The position numbers and the translations under genes are program-made. Shown here piece after piece: positions 26,830-37,215 of a stretch of 64,000 nt of DNA. This DNA comes from Candidatus Latescibacterota bacterium (GTDB lineage Bacteria; Latescibacterota; UBA2968; UBA8231): assembly GCA_965203355.1 (NCBI GenBank), contig OZ241889.1, forward strand, positions 1,856,001 to 1,920,000. Reading direction: 5' to 3'. Every line of letters starts with the position of its first letter. Position 1 is the first letter of the stretch. The notes below the pieces were generated by a model. It searched no databases and was not told the origin of the DNA. It saw nothing but the letters and a program-made list of their open reading frames with translations.

Positions 26830-26935
26830 GACCCGGACCAAGCCGTATGTCCCTGCAAAGCCAACGAGCATCCGAATCGAACTTGCCAGTGTCGATCAAC
26901 TCGCCGAGTTCAAGGGACGCCCCGGGGTTGATAAA
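26830..26935 (+). pseudogene. Possible remnant of an M55 (DppA) D-aminopeptidase C-terminus
   Basis: Start-less frame reads TKPYVPAKPTSIRIELASVDQLAEFKGRPGVD, which resembles M55 C-terminal segments from memory. Confidence 0.35.
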
Positions 26936-27055
26936 CCGGGCCGCTTGCTGTTGAAAGCCGCGCAGCAGACTGGATGGCTGCGTGGAATCAATGCTGGCCC
27001 TACGCTTAAATGCGTGGATTCGGAAAACCGCTCCTCGTCGGTTGGCTCCGGGGCC

Positions 27056-28042
27056 TTACCGAGGTAACGGCAGCGCGATTTTTGCGTTGTTCTGCTGCTG
27101 CGATTGCAGGCAGGCGATCATCATTTCCACAACAGTCAGACCGTCTCGGCCGGTACACGACAGCTCGCTTTGGCCGTCGAGTGCCCGCACGAGTTCGCGT
27201 ACGCCCGCTTCGATTCCTTCGACCTCCCACGGACGCGGTTTAACCAACTCCCGCTCTCCGTCCCGCTCAATGTAGGCATCGCCTTCCCGCTCGATGAAAA
27301 TGCTCCCCGCGGTGCCCGACACGGTGAAGTCGAGTCGGTTGGGGGTCTGTTTTTCACCGAGGTAAATTCCACGTACGCCGTTGGCAAAGTGGATGTAGGC
27401 GTTGGCACTCGGCTCGGTGGCCGGGTCGTGTCCGCCGTCGCCGCGATACTCGCTGTAATCTGCGTAGCCATCCTCCAACTCGGCGACGAGCCACGCTGGG
27501 GTGCTGCCGGCGAACCACATGATGGCGTCGAGCAGGTGGGTGCCGTTGCGAAACAGCATCGACCGCGTACCGTAGTGTTCGCACAAGACTGCTCTCACGG
27601 CGCCAATCTCGCCTGCGGCCACCAGTTCTTGGCAGCGATGCCAGACGGGAAACCAGTGCCGGGTGTGGTCAACTGATAACAAGGCGTTGTGGTTTTCTGC
27701 GGCCGCGACCATGCGGTCGGCGTCCTCCACGCTGGTGGCGAGCGGCTTTTCGCAGAAAATCCCCTTGGCGCCGGCTTCGGCCGCAGCTACGACTAAATCG
27801 GCGTGCCGATTGTCGCCGGTGGCCACTGTGACGATGTCGAGCCGAGCCTTTTCCAGCATCTCTCGATAGTCGTCGTACATCGCTAGTCCGGGATTGGTCG
27901 CCTTGAACTGCGCGGCAAATTCATCGCGTTGCTCCAGCACGAGGTCGCAACCGGCCACGATCTCGGCGTTTTCTAGGCCCTCGGCCCCTTGGGCATGCCG
28001 ATGGCCAATACCTCTACAGCCGATGACTCCTACTCTGTACAT
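27056..28042 (-). CDS. Gfo/Idh/MocA family oxidoreductase
   Basis: VGVIGCRGIG, CEKPLA, NGTHLLD; start 28042 after AGGAGG. Confidence 0.92.
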   Translation of the reverse strand: MYRVGVIGCRGIGHRHAQGAEGLENAEIVAGCDLVLEQRDEFAAQFKATNPGLAMYDDYREMLEKARLDIVTVATGDNRHADLVVAAAEAGAKGIFCEKPLATSVEDADRMVAAAENHNALLSVDHTRHWFPVWHRCQELVAAGEIGAVRAVLCEHYGTRSMLFRNGTHLLDAIMWFAGSTPAWLVAELEDGYADYSEYRGDGGHDPATEPSANAYIHFANGVRGIYLGEKQTPNRLDFTVSGTAGSIFIEREGDAYIERDGERELVKPRPWEVEGIEAGVRELVRALDGQSELSCTGRDGLTVVEMMIACLQSQQQNNAKIALPLPR

Positions 28043-28162
28043 GATGCCTCCTTTGAGCAATTTAAGAATTACCCCTTCGCATTGGCGTGGGGATAAGGCC
28101 GTTTGGGCGGCGGATAAAATAGCCCTATATTGGACCGACTTCAAGCAAGAGCAACGGCTCCC

Positions 28163-28939
28163 ATGACCTTAAAAATCACCGATGATGTATTCTTAGATCC
28201 GGCGGGTCACCCGCGCCGGATCCGCGGCGTCACTATCAACAGTGCCTCGCCCCTGCTCGTCTCGCTGGCGGCGCAAGTCGGTTTTGAAGCGGTGTGGATC
28301 GAAAGCGAACACGGCCCGGTCGGCTTTGAACGGGCCGAGACCTTGTGCTTGGCGGCGGAGGCTGGCGGGATTTTCCCGCTCATCCGCTTGCCCGATGGCG
28401 AGCGACACCACGTGCTGCGAGCACTCGAGATCGGTGCGCGGATCATTCTCGTCCCCATGGTAGATGATGCGGCTTACGCCCGTCGCATTGTCGAGGTGGG
28501 CAAGTACCCGCCGTTGGGTCGGCGCGGCTTCAACGTGCGTACGCGCGGCATGGGCTTTGGCTTGGAAGACCTACACGACGCTCTAGCCCGGGCCAATGCG
28601 CGCACCCACCTCTTTGTCCAGATCGAAACCGCGGCGGCCGTGGCGAATGTCGATGAAATAATCGCCGTGGAAGGTCTCTCTGGGATCTTCATGGGGCCGG
28701 GGGATCTGGCGGTCGATATGGGTTGCACCGGACAGATGGGCGATCCCGGTCTGCGCGAGGCCGTGCTCTCGTGTTTAGCCAAAGCAAAGAGCGCCGGCAA
28801 GTTGAGTGGCATCTTCACCTTGCCCGGGCCCCTGCTTACCGCCGCGATGGACGCGGGCTGCGACTTGGTTATCTGCGGCGGGGACGTGATGAACTTGGGC
28901 ACGGCTTGGAGCGAGTTGCTGCGCCAGATACCGGCCTAG
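28163..28939 (+). CDS. HpcH/HpaI aldolase family
   Basis: WIESEHG, YPPLGRRG, VQIET, FMGPGDL. Confidence 0.9.
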   Translation: MTLKITDDVFLDPAGHPRRIRGVTINSASPLLVSLAAQVGFEAVWIESEHGPVGFERAETLCLAAEAGGIFPLIRLPDGERHHVLRALEIGARIILVPMVDDAAYARRIVEVGKYPPLGRRGFNVRTRGMGFGLEDLHDALARANARTHLFVQIETAAAVANVDEIIAVEGLSGIFMGPGDLAVDMGCTGQMGDPGLREAVLSCLAKAKSAGKLSGIFTLPGPLLTAAMDAGCDLVICGGDVMNLGTAWSELLRQIPA

Positions 28940-28956
28940 CGCGGGCGAAAGCGCAG

Positions 28957-29688
28957 TCAATCGGAGCGCACCGGCAAGCCCGCCAACAAGCCGCTCTGGT
29001 GCATGTCGATCCACTCGTCCACAAAGGTCTTGTTCCACTGCGTGGTCAGCGGGTGATCCATCATGTCGCGGTACACCGTCCACATGGTGACTAATTCGTC
29101 GGCCCCGTCGCGGAAGGCGGCGTACGCGGTTTCCACCGAGCGGATGAGGGCGGCCATGATGAAGGGACGCTGACCCCAGCCGCCGAACATCTGGGCGCAC
29201 TCGCGGATCAGCTTGGTCGGGTCGCCGCCCACTTCCTTGATCGGCTCGCAGAACGGCAGGATGTGGTCCACCCCGGCTTGGGCGACGGCCACAGCTTGCG
29301 TCAGCGAAAACACCGTGGTGCAGAAGGTCTCGACGCCTCGGTCTTTGAGGATGCTAAACGCCTTGAGTCCGTTTATGTTGCAGGGGATCTTGAGGATGAT
29401 CTGCTCCGACATGTTGGTAAAAACTTGCCCGACTTCTAGCAATTCTTCAACGCAGTGCCCGTCGATTTCCATCACCACGGGCTTGTCGGTGATCTTGAGA
29501 TATTGCTCTATCAGGCGGATGACCGAGCCGTATGGTTTGGCGTACTGGTTGAGCACCACCGTGTTGGTGACGATCCCGGCGATCCCGAGGGGCATCCACT
29601 CCTTTAGCTCATCGGGCGAGCCAGCCAGCCAGATGGTGGGGCCGCGGCCTTGGGCGCGGGCGGTGGGAACAGGTCCACTTGCTGCCAT
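28957..29688 (-). CDS. Short transaldolase / fructose-6-phosphate aldolase family
   Basis: GIVTN, ILKIP (Schiff-base Lys), TTVFSLTQA, HPLT; start 29688 after AGGAGA. Confidence 0.85.
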   Translation of the reverse strand: MAASGPVPTARAQGRGPTIWLAGSPDELKEWMPLGIAGIVTNTVVLNQYAKPYGSVIRLIEQYLKITDKPVVMEIDGHCVEELLEVGQVFTNMSEQIILKIPCNINGLKAFSILKDRGVETFCTTVFSLTQAVAVAQAGVDHILPFCEPIKEVGGDPTKLIRECAQMFGGWGQRPFIMAALIRSVETAYAAFRDGADELVTMWTVYRDMMDHPLTTQWNKTFVDEWIDMHQSGLLAGLPVRSD

Positions 29689-29784
29689 AACAGGTCTCCT
29701 GTGGTCTTGCAATGGGCGTTGGCAAGTGGGCGAATATAGAAAAAACGCACTGCGAAAGCGAACAGGTAGAAGAGAGGATAATCC

Positions 29785-30942
29785 GTGCAATTCGACTCCA
29801 ATCAGACCAAGGCCGCTCTGCTCGGGGGCGCGACGGTAGAAGTAGTAGAAATCAACCGGATCTTCGACCCGGTTGTAGTCGAGCTGGCGGCGCAAGCAGG
29901 CTTTGGCTGCGTCTGGATCGACATGGAGCATTCCCATCTTGGGCTAGCCGGGCTGTCGCATTTGATTTTGGCGGCGCGGGCTACGGGGGTCGATACGGTG
30001 GTCCGCATTCCCAAGGGGCCGTACAATCAGGTGATTAAGCCGCTGGAATTAGGGGCTGGGGGCTTGGTTTGGCCCCATTGCAAGAGTGCCGACGAAGCGA
30101 GGGCCTTCGTGCAAATGGCCAAGTTCCGGCCGCTGGGTTTACGCGGCTTGGGCTGTGGCCGGGATTCGGCCTATGGGGCGCTGAACTTCGCCGAGTACAT
30201 GGGCCGGGCCGATGCCGAGACCATACTGGGCGTGATGATCGAAGACGCCGAGGGCGTGGAAGAAGTAGAGGCGATTGCCGCGATCGAAGGCATTGACTTG
30301 CTCTTTGTGGGACCAAGCGATTTGGCGCATAGCTACGGCGTCGAGCGCGAGGGCGTCCCACCCCTAGACCACGACCGCGTACTAGCGGCCTTTGACCGCG
30401 TGGGGATGGCTTGTGCTGCCAGCGGCAAGGCTATGGGCACGGCTGTCGGCCCGGGCGAGTCCATGCGCCGCGTGGTCGCCAAAGGCGTGCGCTGGCTCAA
30501 CTGCTGCCACGACATATCAGCCCTCACCAGCGGCTTGCGCCGCGCCCGACAAGCAACCCTTGGGGCGAAGCAACGCACGATTACCCAGCAGTTGTTGGCA
30601 TTGTATCACACGGGAGCGTTGGATCTCGACGATGTATCCGGCACTGCAAAGCGGTACAACTTTAGCCGGAGCATGGTCAAACACTTGGCCAACTTTGTCA
30701 TTCAAAAGGCAAAGTGCGTCGAAGCCTTGCCCGAAATGGCTCGGTTCGTCGAGCGCATGGAGCAAGCCTTGGTGGATGGCCGGCGCGGCTTGGCCTTGAC
30801 CGACGCCTATTACGTCTGCTTGGCGGTGCAAAGCCTGCCCAAAGAGCGTTGGCAAGCCGCACTGCAAGCGGCGTTTGATCGTTGGGAACACGCCGCTTCG
30901 GGTTCCTTTAAGACGTTCTTTGACGAGGTTAAAGCTGAATAG
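29785..30942 (+). CDS. HpcH/HpaI aldolase with ~125-aa unknown C-terminal extension
   Basis: WIDMEH, FRPLGLRG, VMIED, FVGPSDL; the aldolase domain ends near residue 260. Confidence 0.85.
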   Translation: MQFDSNQTKAALLGGATVEVVEINRIFDPVVVELAAQAGFGCVWIDMEHSHLGLAGLSHLILAARATGVDTVVRIPKGPYNQVIKPLELGAGGLVWPHCKSADEARAFVQMAKFRPLGLRGLGCGRDSAYGALNFAEYMGRADAETILGVMIEDAEGVEEVEAIAAIEGIDLLFVGPSDLAHSYGVEREGVPPLDHDRVLAAFDRVGMACAASGKAMGTAVGPGESMRRVVAKGVRWLNCCHDISALTSGLRRARQATLGAKQRTITQQLLALYHTGALDLDDVSGTAKRYNFSRSMVKHLANFVIQKAKCVEALPEMARFVERMEQALVDGRRGLALTDAYYVCLAVQSLPKERWQAALQAAFDRWEHAASGSFKTFFDEVKAE

Positions 30943-31009
30943 GCATGGCACCGGTCCCGAGCCGGATCGCGATCCCCAAGAAAGCGGTGCTGATGGCCGC
31001 GCTCAGCGG

Positions 31010-31939
31010 TTAGGGCTTGCTGTGCGCGGCGCGGATTTCGTCGATGGCCTTGCAGTGCCGTAATCCCACGGATTTGGCTGGCGTTTGATAGCCCTTCCAA
31101 GCGTAGGGGTCGATACCGGCCACGGGCACGATGGCCCGCTGGTCGGCGCGGGCGGGTGACTCGCCTTCTTCAATGCGCCAAGGCAACAGGCTCCAGGCGT
31201 TGCAGTAGTGATTGACCAAGACGCGGCGATAGGTGTCGCTGCGGTTTTTGTACGAGCGGTGGAGGAGATAGCCGTTGAAGAACACGAGGCCCCCGGCTTC
31301 CACTGCAACCGGGATTTCAACGCGCTCGTCAAAGCCGTAGCTTTCCGGCGCGAAGTCGAACTCGTCCGGGTTTTCGTGGGGCCGCTGCGGGTAGAGGTAC
31401 CCGGGCTGATGCGACTTGGGAATGATGTACAGGCAGCCGTTTTCCACCGTAGCATCGTCCACGGCGATCCACGCGCCGATCAGCGAGCGATCCCGCGTGG
31501 GGATGTAGATCTCGTCTTGGTGCCAAGCCTGCCCTTGGAAGTTGGGCGGCTTGACGAAGTACATAGACTGCATGCACTTGACGCTGCCGTCCCAAAAGGG
31601 CAGGTGCGCGGCGGTGAGCTGGCTCAGAGCACCGCAGATCTTGGGGTGGCGCACGTACTTTTCGATGACCGGACTGACGTAGTGCGGCTGGTGGATGCAG
31701 AGGATGCGCTCCAGTACCGCTTGATCGCTCATGGCCGGATCGACCGGCTCGATGTTATCGCACTCGTAGCGGCCGCGCGCCACCGCTATGAGGTCGCGTT
31801 TGAGTTCGTCGAGCTCGGCTGCTTCCATCAGGCCCGGCACGACGAGATAGCCGTCGCTGATAAAGGATTGCACTTGGGCGGCGGTGAGCGGCTTGGGAAC
31901 CTCAATCGCCGAGCTAGGTTCCATTTTGATTGCTTCCAT
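31010..31939 (-). CDS. Phytanoyl-CoA dioxygenase (PhyH) family Fe(II)/2-oxoglutarate dioxygenase (start uncertain)
   Basis: WHQD (HxD), WIAVDDATVENGCL..IPKSH, LLHRS..N.S...RR. Confidence 0.92.
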   Translation of the reverse strand: MEAIKMEPSSAIEVPKPLTAAQVQSFISDGYLVVPGLMEAAELDELKRDLIAVARGRYECDNIEPVDPAMSDQAVLERILCIHQPHYVSPVIEKYVRHPKICGALSQLTAAHLPFWDGSVKCMQSMYFVKPPNFQGQAWHQDEIYIPTRDRSLIGAWIAVDDATVENGCLYIIPKSHQPGYLYPQRPHENPDEFDFAPESYGFDERVEIPVAVEAGGLVFFNGYLLHRSYKNRSDTYRRVLVNHYCNAWSLLPWRIEEGESPARADQRAIVPVAGIDPYAWKGYQTPAKSVGLRHCKAIDEIRAAHSKP

Positions 31940-31981
31940 AATTCTCACTTGCTTTGTTTAGTTGGTTGGCATGTAGCCGAT

Positions 31982-32010
31982 ATTTTGATACCCTTACCCC
32001 GCTTTGTCAA
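31982..32010 (-). promoter_or_regulatory. Candidate sigma70 promoter for the PhyH gene
   Basis: Minus strand reads TTGACA-17 bp-CAAAAT. Confidence 0.45.
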
Positions 32011-32036
32011 ATAAACATAGCAAAGGAGCGCACAGC

Positions 32037-32876
32037 GTGGATCTGACGTATATCGCATTTACCAAACACTTAGCGGGCCTCAATGTCCCGCAACTCATCG
32101 ACGCCTTGCAGGCTATGGGCGTGCAGGGCGCCGACTTGTGTGTGCGCGACGGCTACCCGGTCAATCCCGACAATGTAGCCACAGCACTGCCAGCGGCCGC
32201 GCGCCGCTTTGCCGACGCCGGCCTTTGCATTCCCTTGGTCACCGCTCCGGGGGACTTCAACCGCCCGGACATCGACTATGCGGAAAGGTATTACGCGGCT
32301 TTGAGCGAGGCTGGCGTGGCCCATGTCAAGCTCGGCTACTGGCATTGGCTGCCGGACGAGCCGTACTGGACGCGGTTAGACGAGGTGCGTGGCTTTATGG
32401 AGGGGTTCCAAGCGCTGTCGGAAAGATACGGCGTCAAAACCGTCATTCACAATCACTCGGGCGCGTCTATGGGCCTCAATGCCTGCGCCGCGATGAACAT
32501 CGTCAGGGCCTGCGACCCGCAATACGTAGGTGTTTTCGCTGACCCCGGGCATTTGTCACTGTGCGGGGAGCCGATTGCCATGGCTCTCGACATCGTGCGC
32601 TCGCATTTGTGTCTGCTCGCTCTTAAGGATCTGGTTCACCAACGGCCCTTGAGCATGGCCCGGCAGGGCGCGCCGACCACCAGCGTCGTGCGGATGGGGC
32701 AGGGCTTTGTCGATTGGCCGGCGGTGATTGCGACTTTGAAGCGGCTGAACTTTGCTGGTCCGGTCAGCTTTCACAGTGAGTACAGCGGCGAGCCGGTGGA
32801 AAGCGTCATTGACTTGGCGCGCCTTGATGTGCGCTTTTTTACGGCTTTGTGTGAAAAGGAGGACGATCGTGCTTAA
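32037..32876 (+). CDS. Sugar phosphate isomerase/epimerase (xylose-isomerase-like TIM barrel)
   Basis: HNHSG, DPGH, LKD, G.G.VDW, SFHSEY; GTG start after AGGAG. Confidence 0.85.
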   Translation: MDLTYIAFTKHLAGLNVPQLIDALQAMGVQGADLCVRDGYPVNPDNVATALPAAARRFADAGLCIPLVTAPGDFNRPDIDYAERYYAALSEAGVAHVKLGYWHWLPDEPYWTRLDEVRGFMEGFQALSERYGVKTVIHNHSGASMGLNACAAMNIVRACDPQYVGVFADPGHLSLCGEPIAMALDIVRSHLCLLALKDLVHQRPLSMARQGAPTTSVVRMGQGFVDWPAVIATLKRLNFAGPVSFHSEYSGEPVESVIDLARLDVRFFTALCEKEDDRA

Positions 32877-33834
32877 AGCGGGATTTATCGGCGCCGGGGG
32901 CCGCAGCCAGAGTGCCCACTACCCAGCGGTCCATCGCCTCGCCGACCGCGTGGAAATGGCGGCGGTTTGCGAGTTGGACGAGGCGCGCCTCAATCAAGTG
33001 GTCGCAAAGTATGGTTTTACGCGCGTGTACCAAGACCACCGCGCCATGCTCGACGAGATCGACCCGGACCTTGTCTATTGCGTGATGAATGAGAAATGGC
33101 TCCTACAGCCGGCCCTCGACTGCATCGCCGCGGGCAAGCACCTGTTTATCGAAAAGCCGCCCGGGGCCAACAGCGACGAGACGCGGGCGATTTTGGCGGC
33201 GGCCGAGCGCCAAGGCGTCTGGGTGATGGTCGGTCTCCAGCGCCGCTACACCGCGGTCACCCGCGAGGCCACGCGCCTAGTGAAGGCCAAAGGCCCGGTG
33301 TCGCTGGCGACGACGACCTTCAACAAACAGCTCCCGCAACGCGCCGACGCATTCACTACCACCTTGTGGAACGACTTGGTCCACATCGTCGATCTGTTGC
33401 GCTACATGGCTGGCGGCGAGCCGGTGGAAGTCACCGCCTATCAGGATAAATTCGGCGGCGAGGGCTTCGACCACTACGCGGCACTGGTGCGCTTTGACAA
33501 CCGCGCGACCGGCGTAATGCTCGGCAATCGCGCCTCTGGCGGGCGGGTACTGCGCTCGGAGCTACACGGCGTGGGCATTGGTTGCTACATGAAAATTCCC
33601 AGCGAGATCGAAATCCACGAGGACGATCAAGTGCGCACGCTGGGCGGCTGGGAAATCGACGGCGTACCCCAAGACGACGTGCCCCGCTACGAGGGGCTGC
33701 TGACCATGCACGAGCACTTCCTCGATTGCGTGGTTGCAAACCGACAGCCGATCTCCGACATCCGCGACGTGATTCACTCGATCGCGCTAGTGGATCAGAT
33801 TGAGGCGGCTGAGATTATGGCGGCGAGAGCGTAA
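32869..33834 (+). CDS. Gfo/Idh/MocA family oxidoreductase
   Basis: GFIGAGG, IEKPPG, QRRY, DLVHIVD; GTG start after AGGAGG. Confidence 0.9.
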   Translation: MLKAGFIGAGGRSQSAHYPAVHRLADRVEMAAVCELDEARLNQVVAKYGFTRVYQDHRAMLDEIDPDLVYCVMNEKWLLQPALDCIAAGKHLFIEKPPGANSDETRAILAAAERQGVWVMVGLQRRYTAVTREATRLVKAKGPVSLATTTFNKQLPQRADAFTTTLWNDLVHIVDLLRYMAGGEPVEVTAYQDKFGGEGFDHYAALVRFDNRATGVMLGNRASGGRVLRSELHGVGIGCYMKIPSEIEIHEDDQVRTLGGWEIDGVPQDDVPRYEGLLTMHEHFLDCVVANRQPISDIRDVIHSIALVDQIEAAEIMAARA

Positions 33835-33919
33835 GTCTTGGGTGAAAGGAATGAGCGAAACGTATTGTCTGGATGTCTTGTGACTGAAACAGGCTTTTTT
33901 CCTTTAAAACACCCGCGCC

Positions 33920-35059
33920 TTAAAACTCTACATATGGTTCAGACTCAATCGGCGTGAACGATTTCGGCGGGTGTTGTTCCATAACATCCTCGCGCAACGC
34001 TACGCCCCAACCCGGCCCTGCTGGTGGCACACAGTATCCGTCGATTACTTCGATGGGTTGCGTAAGCACCTTGTTGTATAGATCAATAGACGACACGAAA
34101 ATTTCCTGCATCAAACTGTTGTGAATGCACAGATCCAAGTGCAGGCTGGCGATTGTTGAAATCGGCCCATTGGAATTGTGTGGGGCGACTGTCGCGTAAT
34201 ACGTCTCAGCCATGGCCGCAATTTTCTTTAATTCAGTGATGCCGCCCGCATGACAAATATCCGGCTGAATAATTCCGACCGCATTCAGCTCCAACAACGC
34301 ACGAAAATCCCAGCGAGTGTACAATTGCTCTCCGGTCGCAATGGGCACATTTACTTCGCGAGCAAATTGCGCTAACGCCTCTGGATTATCCCACAAAATT
34401 GGCTCTTCCATCCACGCAATGTTATAGGGTTCTAATTCCTGCGCCACTCTTCTTGCGCTCCATATGTTTAGTCGTGCGCGAATGTCGATTCCTATTTCGA
34501 TTTGCGACCCGGCCGCTTTTCGCACCGCCTCCACGAGTGCAACGCCTTGCTGAATCCGCTCTATTTTTGCTACTTGTGCGCCGCGAAAAGGGTAGAACTT
34601 CAACGCCTCATAGCCCTGGTCCACCACTCGTTTTACGCCCTCGGCGATTCCTTCGGGTGTGTTGTTCTTGCGCGGCCAGCCATTGGCGTACATGCGAATT
34701 TTGTCGTGTGACTTTCCACCCAACAATTCATACACCGGGACGCCCAGGGCTTTGCCTTTAATGTCCCACAACGCCAAGTCGATTGCACTGATCGCACTCG
34801 TCGTCACCGGTCCGCCCGACCACGTCACGCGCCGATACAGCGAGGTCCAAATCCGCTCGATTTCAAACGGATCCTTGCCTATCAGAAAACGCTTGAACGC
34901 AGCAAATTCGCCCATTAATCCGTCGTCTTTGAACTGCAAGCTCGCCTCGCCCCAGCCGTGAATACCGGCGTCGGTCTCGATTTTGACAAACATCCAATTG
35001 TTGCTACCTTCTGATCCCATCCGCATGACGTGAAGGTCGGTGATTTTTAATGAGGTCAT
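33920..35059 (-). CDS. Mandelate racemase / galactonate dehydratase (DgoD-like) enolase-superfamily enzyme, in frame with an upstream AT-rich ORF
   Basis: GIHGWGE, SAIDLALWDIKGK..G.PVYELLGG, WMEEP, ATGE, QPD.CHAGG, APHN. Confidence 0.9.
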   Translation of the reverse strand: MTSLKITDLHVMRMGSEGSNNWMFVKIETDAGIHGWGEASLQFKDDGLMGEFAAFKRFLIGKDPFEIERIWTSLYRRVTWSGGPVTTSAISAIDLALWDIKGKALGVPVYELLGGKSHDKIRMYANGWPRKNNTPEGIAEGVKRVVDQGYEALKFYPFRGAQVAKIERIQQGVALVEAVRKAAGSQIEIGIDIRARLNIWSARRVAQELEPYNIAWMEEPILWDNPEALAQFAREVNVPIATGEQLYTRWDFRALLELNAVGIIQPDICHAGGITELKKIAAMAETYYATVAPHNSNGPISTIASLHLDLCIHNSLMQEIFVSSIDLYNKVLTQPIEVIDGYCVPPAGPGWGVALREDVMEQHPPKSFTPIESEPYVEF

Positions 35060-35590
35060 TGGCTGGCGCACTTTCTCGCTATTCTCTGTTAAATGAGGTG
35101 TGAACCATTCAATGTTTTTTAGTTTTTTCAATGTATCGGAGTTCACGGCAGCTTCTCGAAGTTGGGACATTAGATTCTCGAGTTTTTCCTCGTAAGGTTC
35201 CTGAAGTTTATTTTCTAGAGAATCTGGATTATTTCTATTTTTAAATAGAGCAGTAATCTCACCTTTACCACTTGCTATATATCCGATGTATCTTTGGTTT
35301 GCATCGCTCAGGTTCAAGAATGGGAGTGATTGGTTTTTTATAGAATCAAATTTCTTGAGATGAGAATGAGATACGCCAATTCTTTCAGCTAATATCTCAT
35401 TATCTCTACAAGAACAGTCAAACTTCAAGTAGTGATATAAACCTATTTTTTGGAATAGGTCGGGCACCTTCTTTTGTATTTTTACTACCTGCGGCACAAT
35501 CTCATCGTCCCAAATGATGGAGATGATGTCCTCGCAATTTTTGGAGTAATGAGACTTAGCGATAATGTCGAGAATCTGACCTAGCTTCAT
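35060..35590 (-). CDS. AT-rich 177-codon unknown segment fused in frame to the dehydratase
   Basis: ATG at 35590 with AAGGA upstream; no stop before the dehydratase ATG; visibly lower GC. Confidence 0.5.
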
Positions 35591-35663
35591 AACAACGAAT
35601 CCTTTCGCGAGCAGATAGGTTTGGGAATGTCGAACTGTAATAATCCGCTCGTGTTATTACGGT

Positions 35664-36893
35664 TCAAATGACGCGCCACCACGGCGCGGCGAGCACATGA
35701 TCGGTGAGCCAAAATGTTTCTTCGCCATCGTAGAGAACGATCCCACGCTGCGCCATGTCGGAATACTCATTGAGGAACGTATGCAGATGTCGCACATCGC
35801 TGGGACGAACCCTCGCGGTGGTCTTCACTTCTATGGGCAGCAGACGCCGACCTGTTTCAATGACAAAATCGACCTCGGCCCCCTTGGTCGTCCGCCAAAA
35901 GAGAATCTCCGTTTTTTCGAGGCGAGTAGCGGCCCAAGCGAGCAGGTCGCAGAGCACCATGTTCTCTAGGTGTGCGCCGCGGGGATGTGCTTCGCCCGCT
36001 AAGTGCAAAGCCAACCCGGTATCGCCCCAGTAGAGTTTGGATGACTTGACCAGCCGTTTAGTCCTGTTGACAGAATAAGATGGCAGTCGCACCAGTTGGA
36101 ACGACACCGCTAGCAAGTTGAGATATCGCTGCACTGTGGAGGGGGCAAGATGTACGTCCCGGGCTAGGTCTGCTTGATTTAATAGCCCGCCAACGCGCAG
36201 ACAGGCTGCCGTCATCAGCCGCCGCAGATCGGTGATGCCCGCAATGGCGGATAGACGTGGGATGTCCCGTTCCAAGTAGGTAGCCGCGTACCCTTCGAAC
36301 CATAGCCGTCGGTCGTCATCGTCGATCAGCTCATGGGCCGGGCCGGGATAACCGCCGCGTCGAACAAGGTCCGTCCACGGCTCGGCTGCGGCTGGCTCCG
36401 CGAGCAGTACGTCCCGCCATGCAGCCGGAGGCGCGTCTAAAAGCTCCGTCCATAGACCAGGCCGAGCCAACCCGAGTTGCTCGCGACGGGTCATGGGCCA
36501 GAGCGTCAAGTAGCTAGCGCGGCCAGCCAACGTTTCGCCCACTTCCTTCATCAGCAACAGATTTGCCGACCCGGTCAAGAGGAAACGGCCAGCAACCCGA
36601 TTTTCGTCGACGAGTCGCTTGATGGCGAGTAGCATATGCGGCACCCGTTGCACTTCATCAAGCGTGATCGGCGCGGCCCGAGCAGCAAGAGCATCCGGTT
36701 CACGTTGGGCCTGCTCGAGGACGCCGTAATCGTCTAGGGTGAAGTAAGCTCGATCTATCCCGATGGGATGCATGCGGGCGAGGGTGCTCTTGCCGGTCTG
36801 TCGCGCCCCAGTGAGAATGGTCACGGGCATGACCCTCAAGGCCCGCTTCACGCGCGCGGAAGCAAATCGAGGTAAGAGTTGATTCGCGTTCAT
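35664..36893 (-). CDS. AAA_14 ATPase with DUF4143 and C-terminal PD-(D/E)xK-like motif
   Basis: GARQTGKST, LDEVQ, LLTGS, GGYP, KLYWGDTGL, EVDFV...IEVK. Confidence 0.92.
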   Translation of the reverse strand: MNANQLLPRFASARVKRALRVMPVTILTGARQTGKSTLARMHPIGIDRAYFTLDDYGVLEQAQREPDALAARAAPITLDEVQRVPHMLLAIKRLVDENRVAGRFLLTGSANLLLMKEVGETLAGRASYLTLWPMTRREQLGLARPGLWTELLDAPPAAWRDVLLAEPAAAEPWTDLVRRGGYPGPAHELIDDDDRRLWFEGYAATYLERDIPRLSAIAGITDLRRLMTAACLRVGGLLNQADLARDVHLAPSTVQRYLNLLAVSFQLVRLPSYSVNRTKRLVKSSKLYWGDTGLALHLAGEAHPRGAHLENMVLCDLLAWAATRLEKTEILFWRTTKGAEVDFVIETGRRLLPIEVKTTARVRPSDVRHLHTFLNEYSDMAQRGIVLYDGEETFWLTDHVLAAPWWRVI

Positions 36894-36941
36894 ATTCCCA
36901 CGATATGGGTGAAAATCACCCACGTCAAGGGTGATATTCAC

Positions 36942-37215
36942 CTATACGCCAGCGGCCCAGCCATTGCCCCCGGCACGCACCTTGCCCTCGCTTTTAAGCA
37001 CCTCAGCACCGTGCGCACCGGCGGCCACCTCTGCTCGTACCAGCATCCGATGGCCCATTTCCCGCAGGGTTTGCACAATGGCTGGGTCAATGCCGCGCTT
37101 TAGTTCGAGGGGTTCTTGCGCTTCGGCGTTGAGGCGGTGGCGTTGAAGTCGATAATGCGCTGGCCGAGTTGGGCACCGACGCTGATGATACGGCGGCCGC
37201 CGGGTAGGCCGATCG
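36942..37215 (-). pseudogene. Frameshifted remnant of a gamma-glutamyltransferase C-terminus
   Basis: One frame reads GLPGGRRIISVGAQLGQRIIDF; another continues EAQEPLEL...LREMGH...RAGGNGWAAGV-stop. Confidence 0.6.

Noticed and set aside
35664-36893. AAA_14/DUF4143 ATPase as a novel defence system
   Set aside because: This is a very widespread stand-alone family and no partner gene is evident here.
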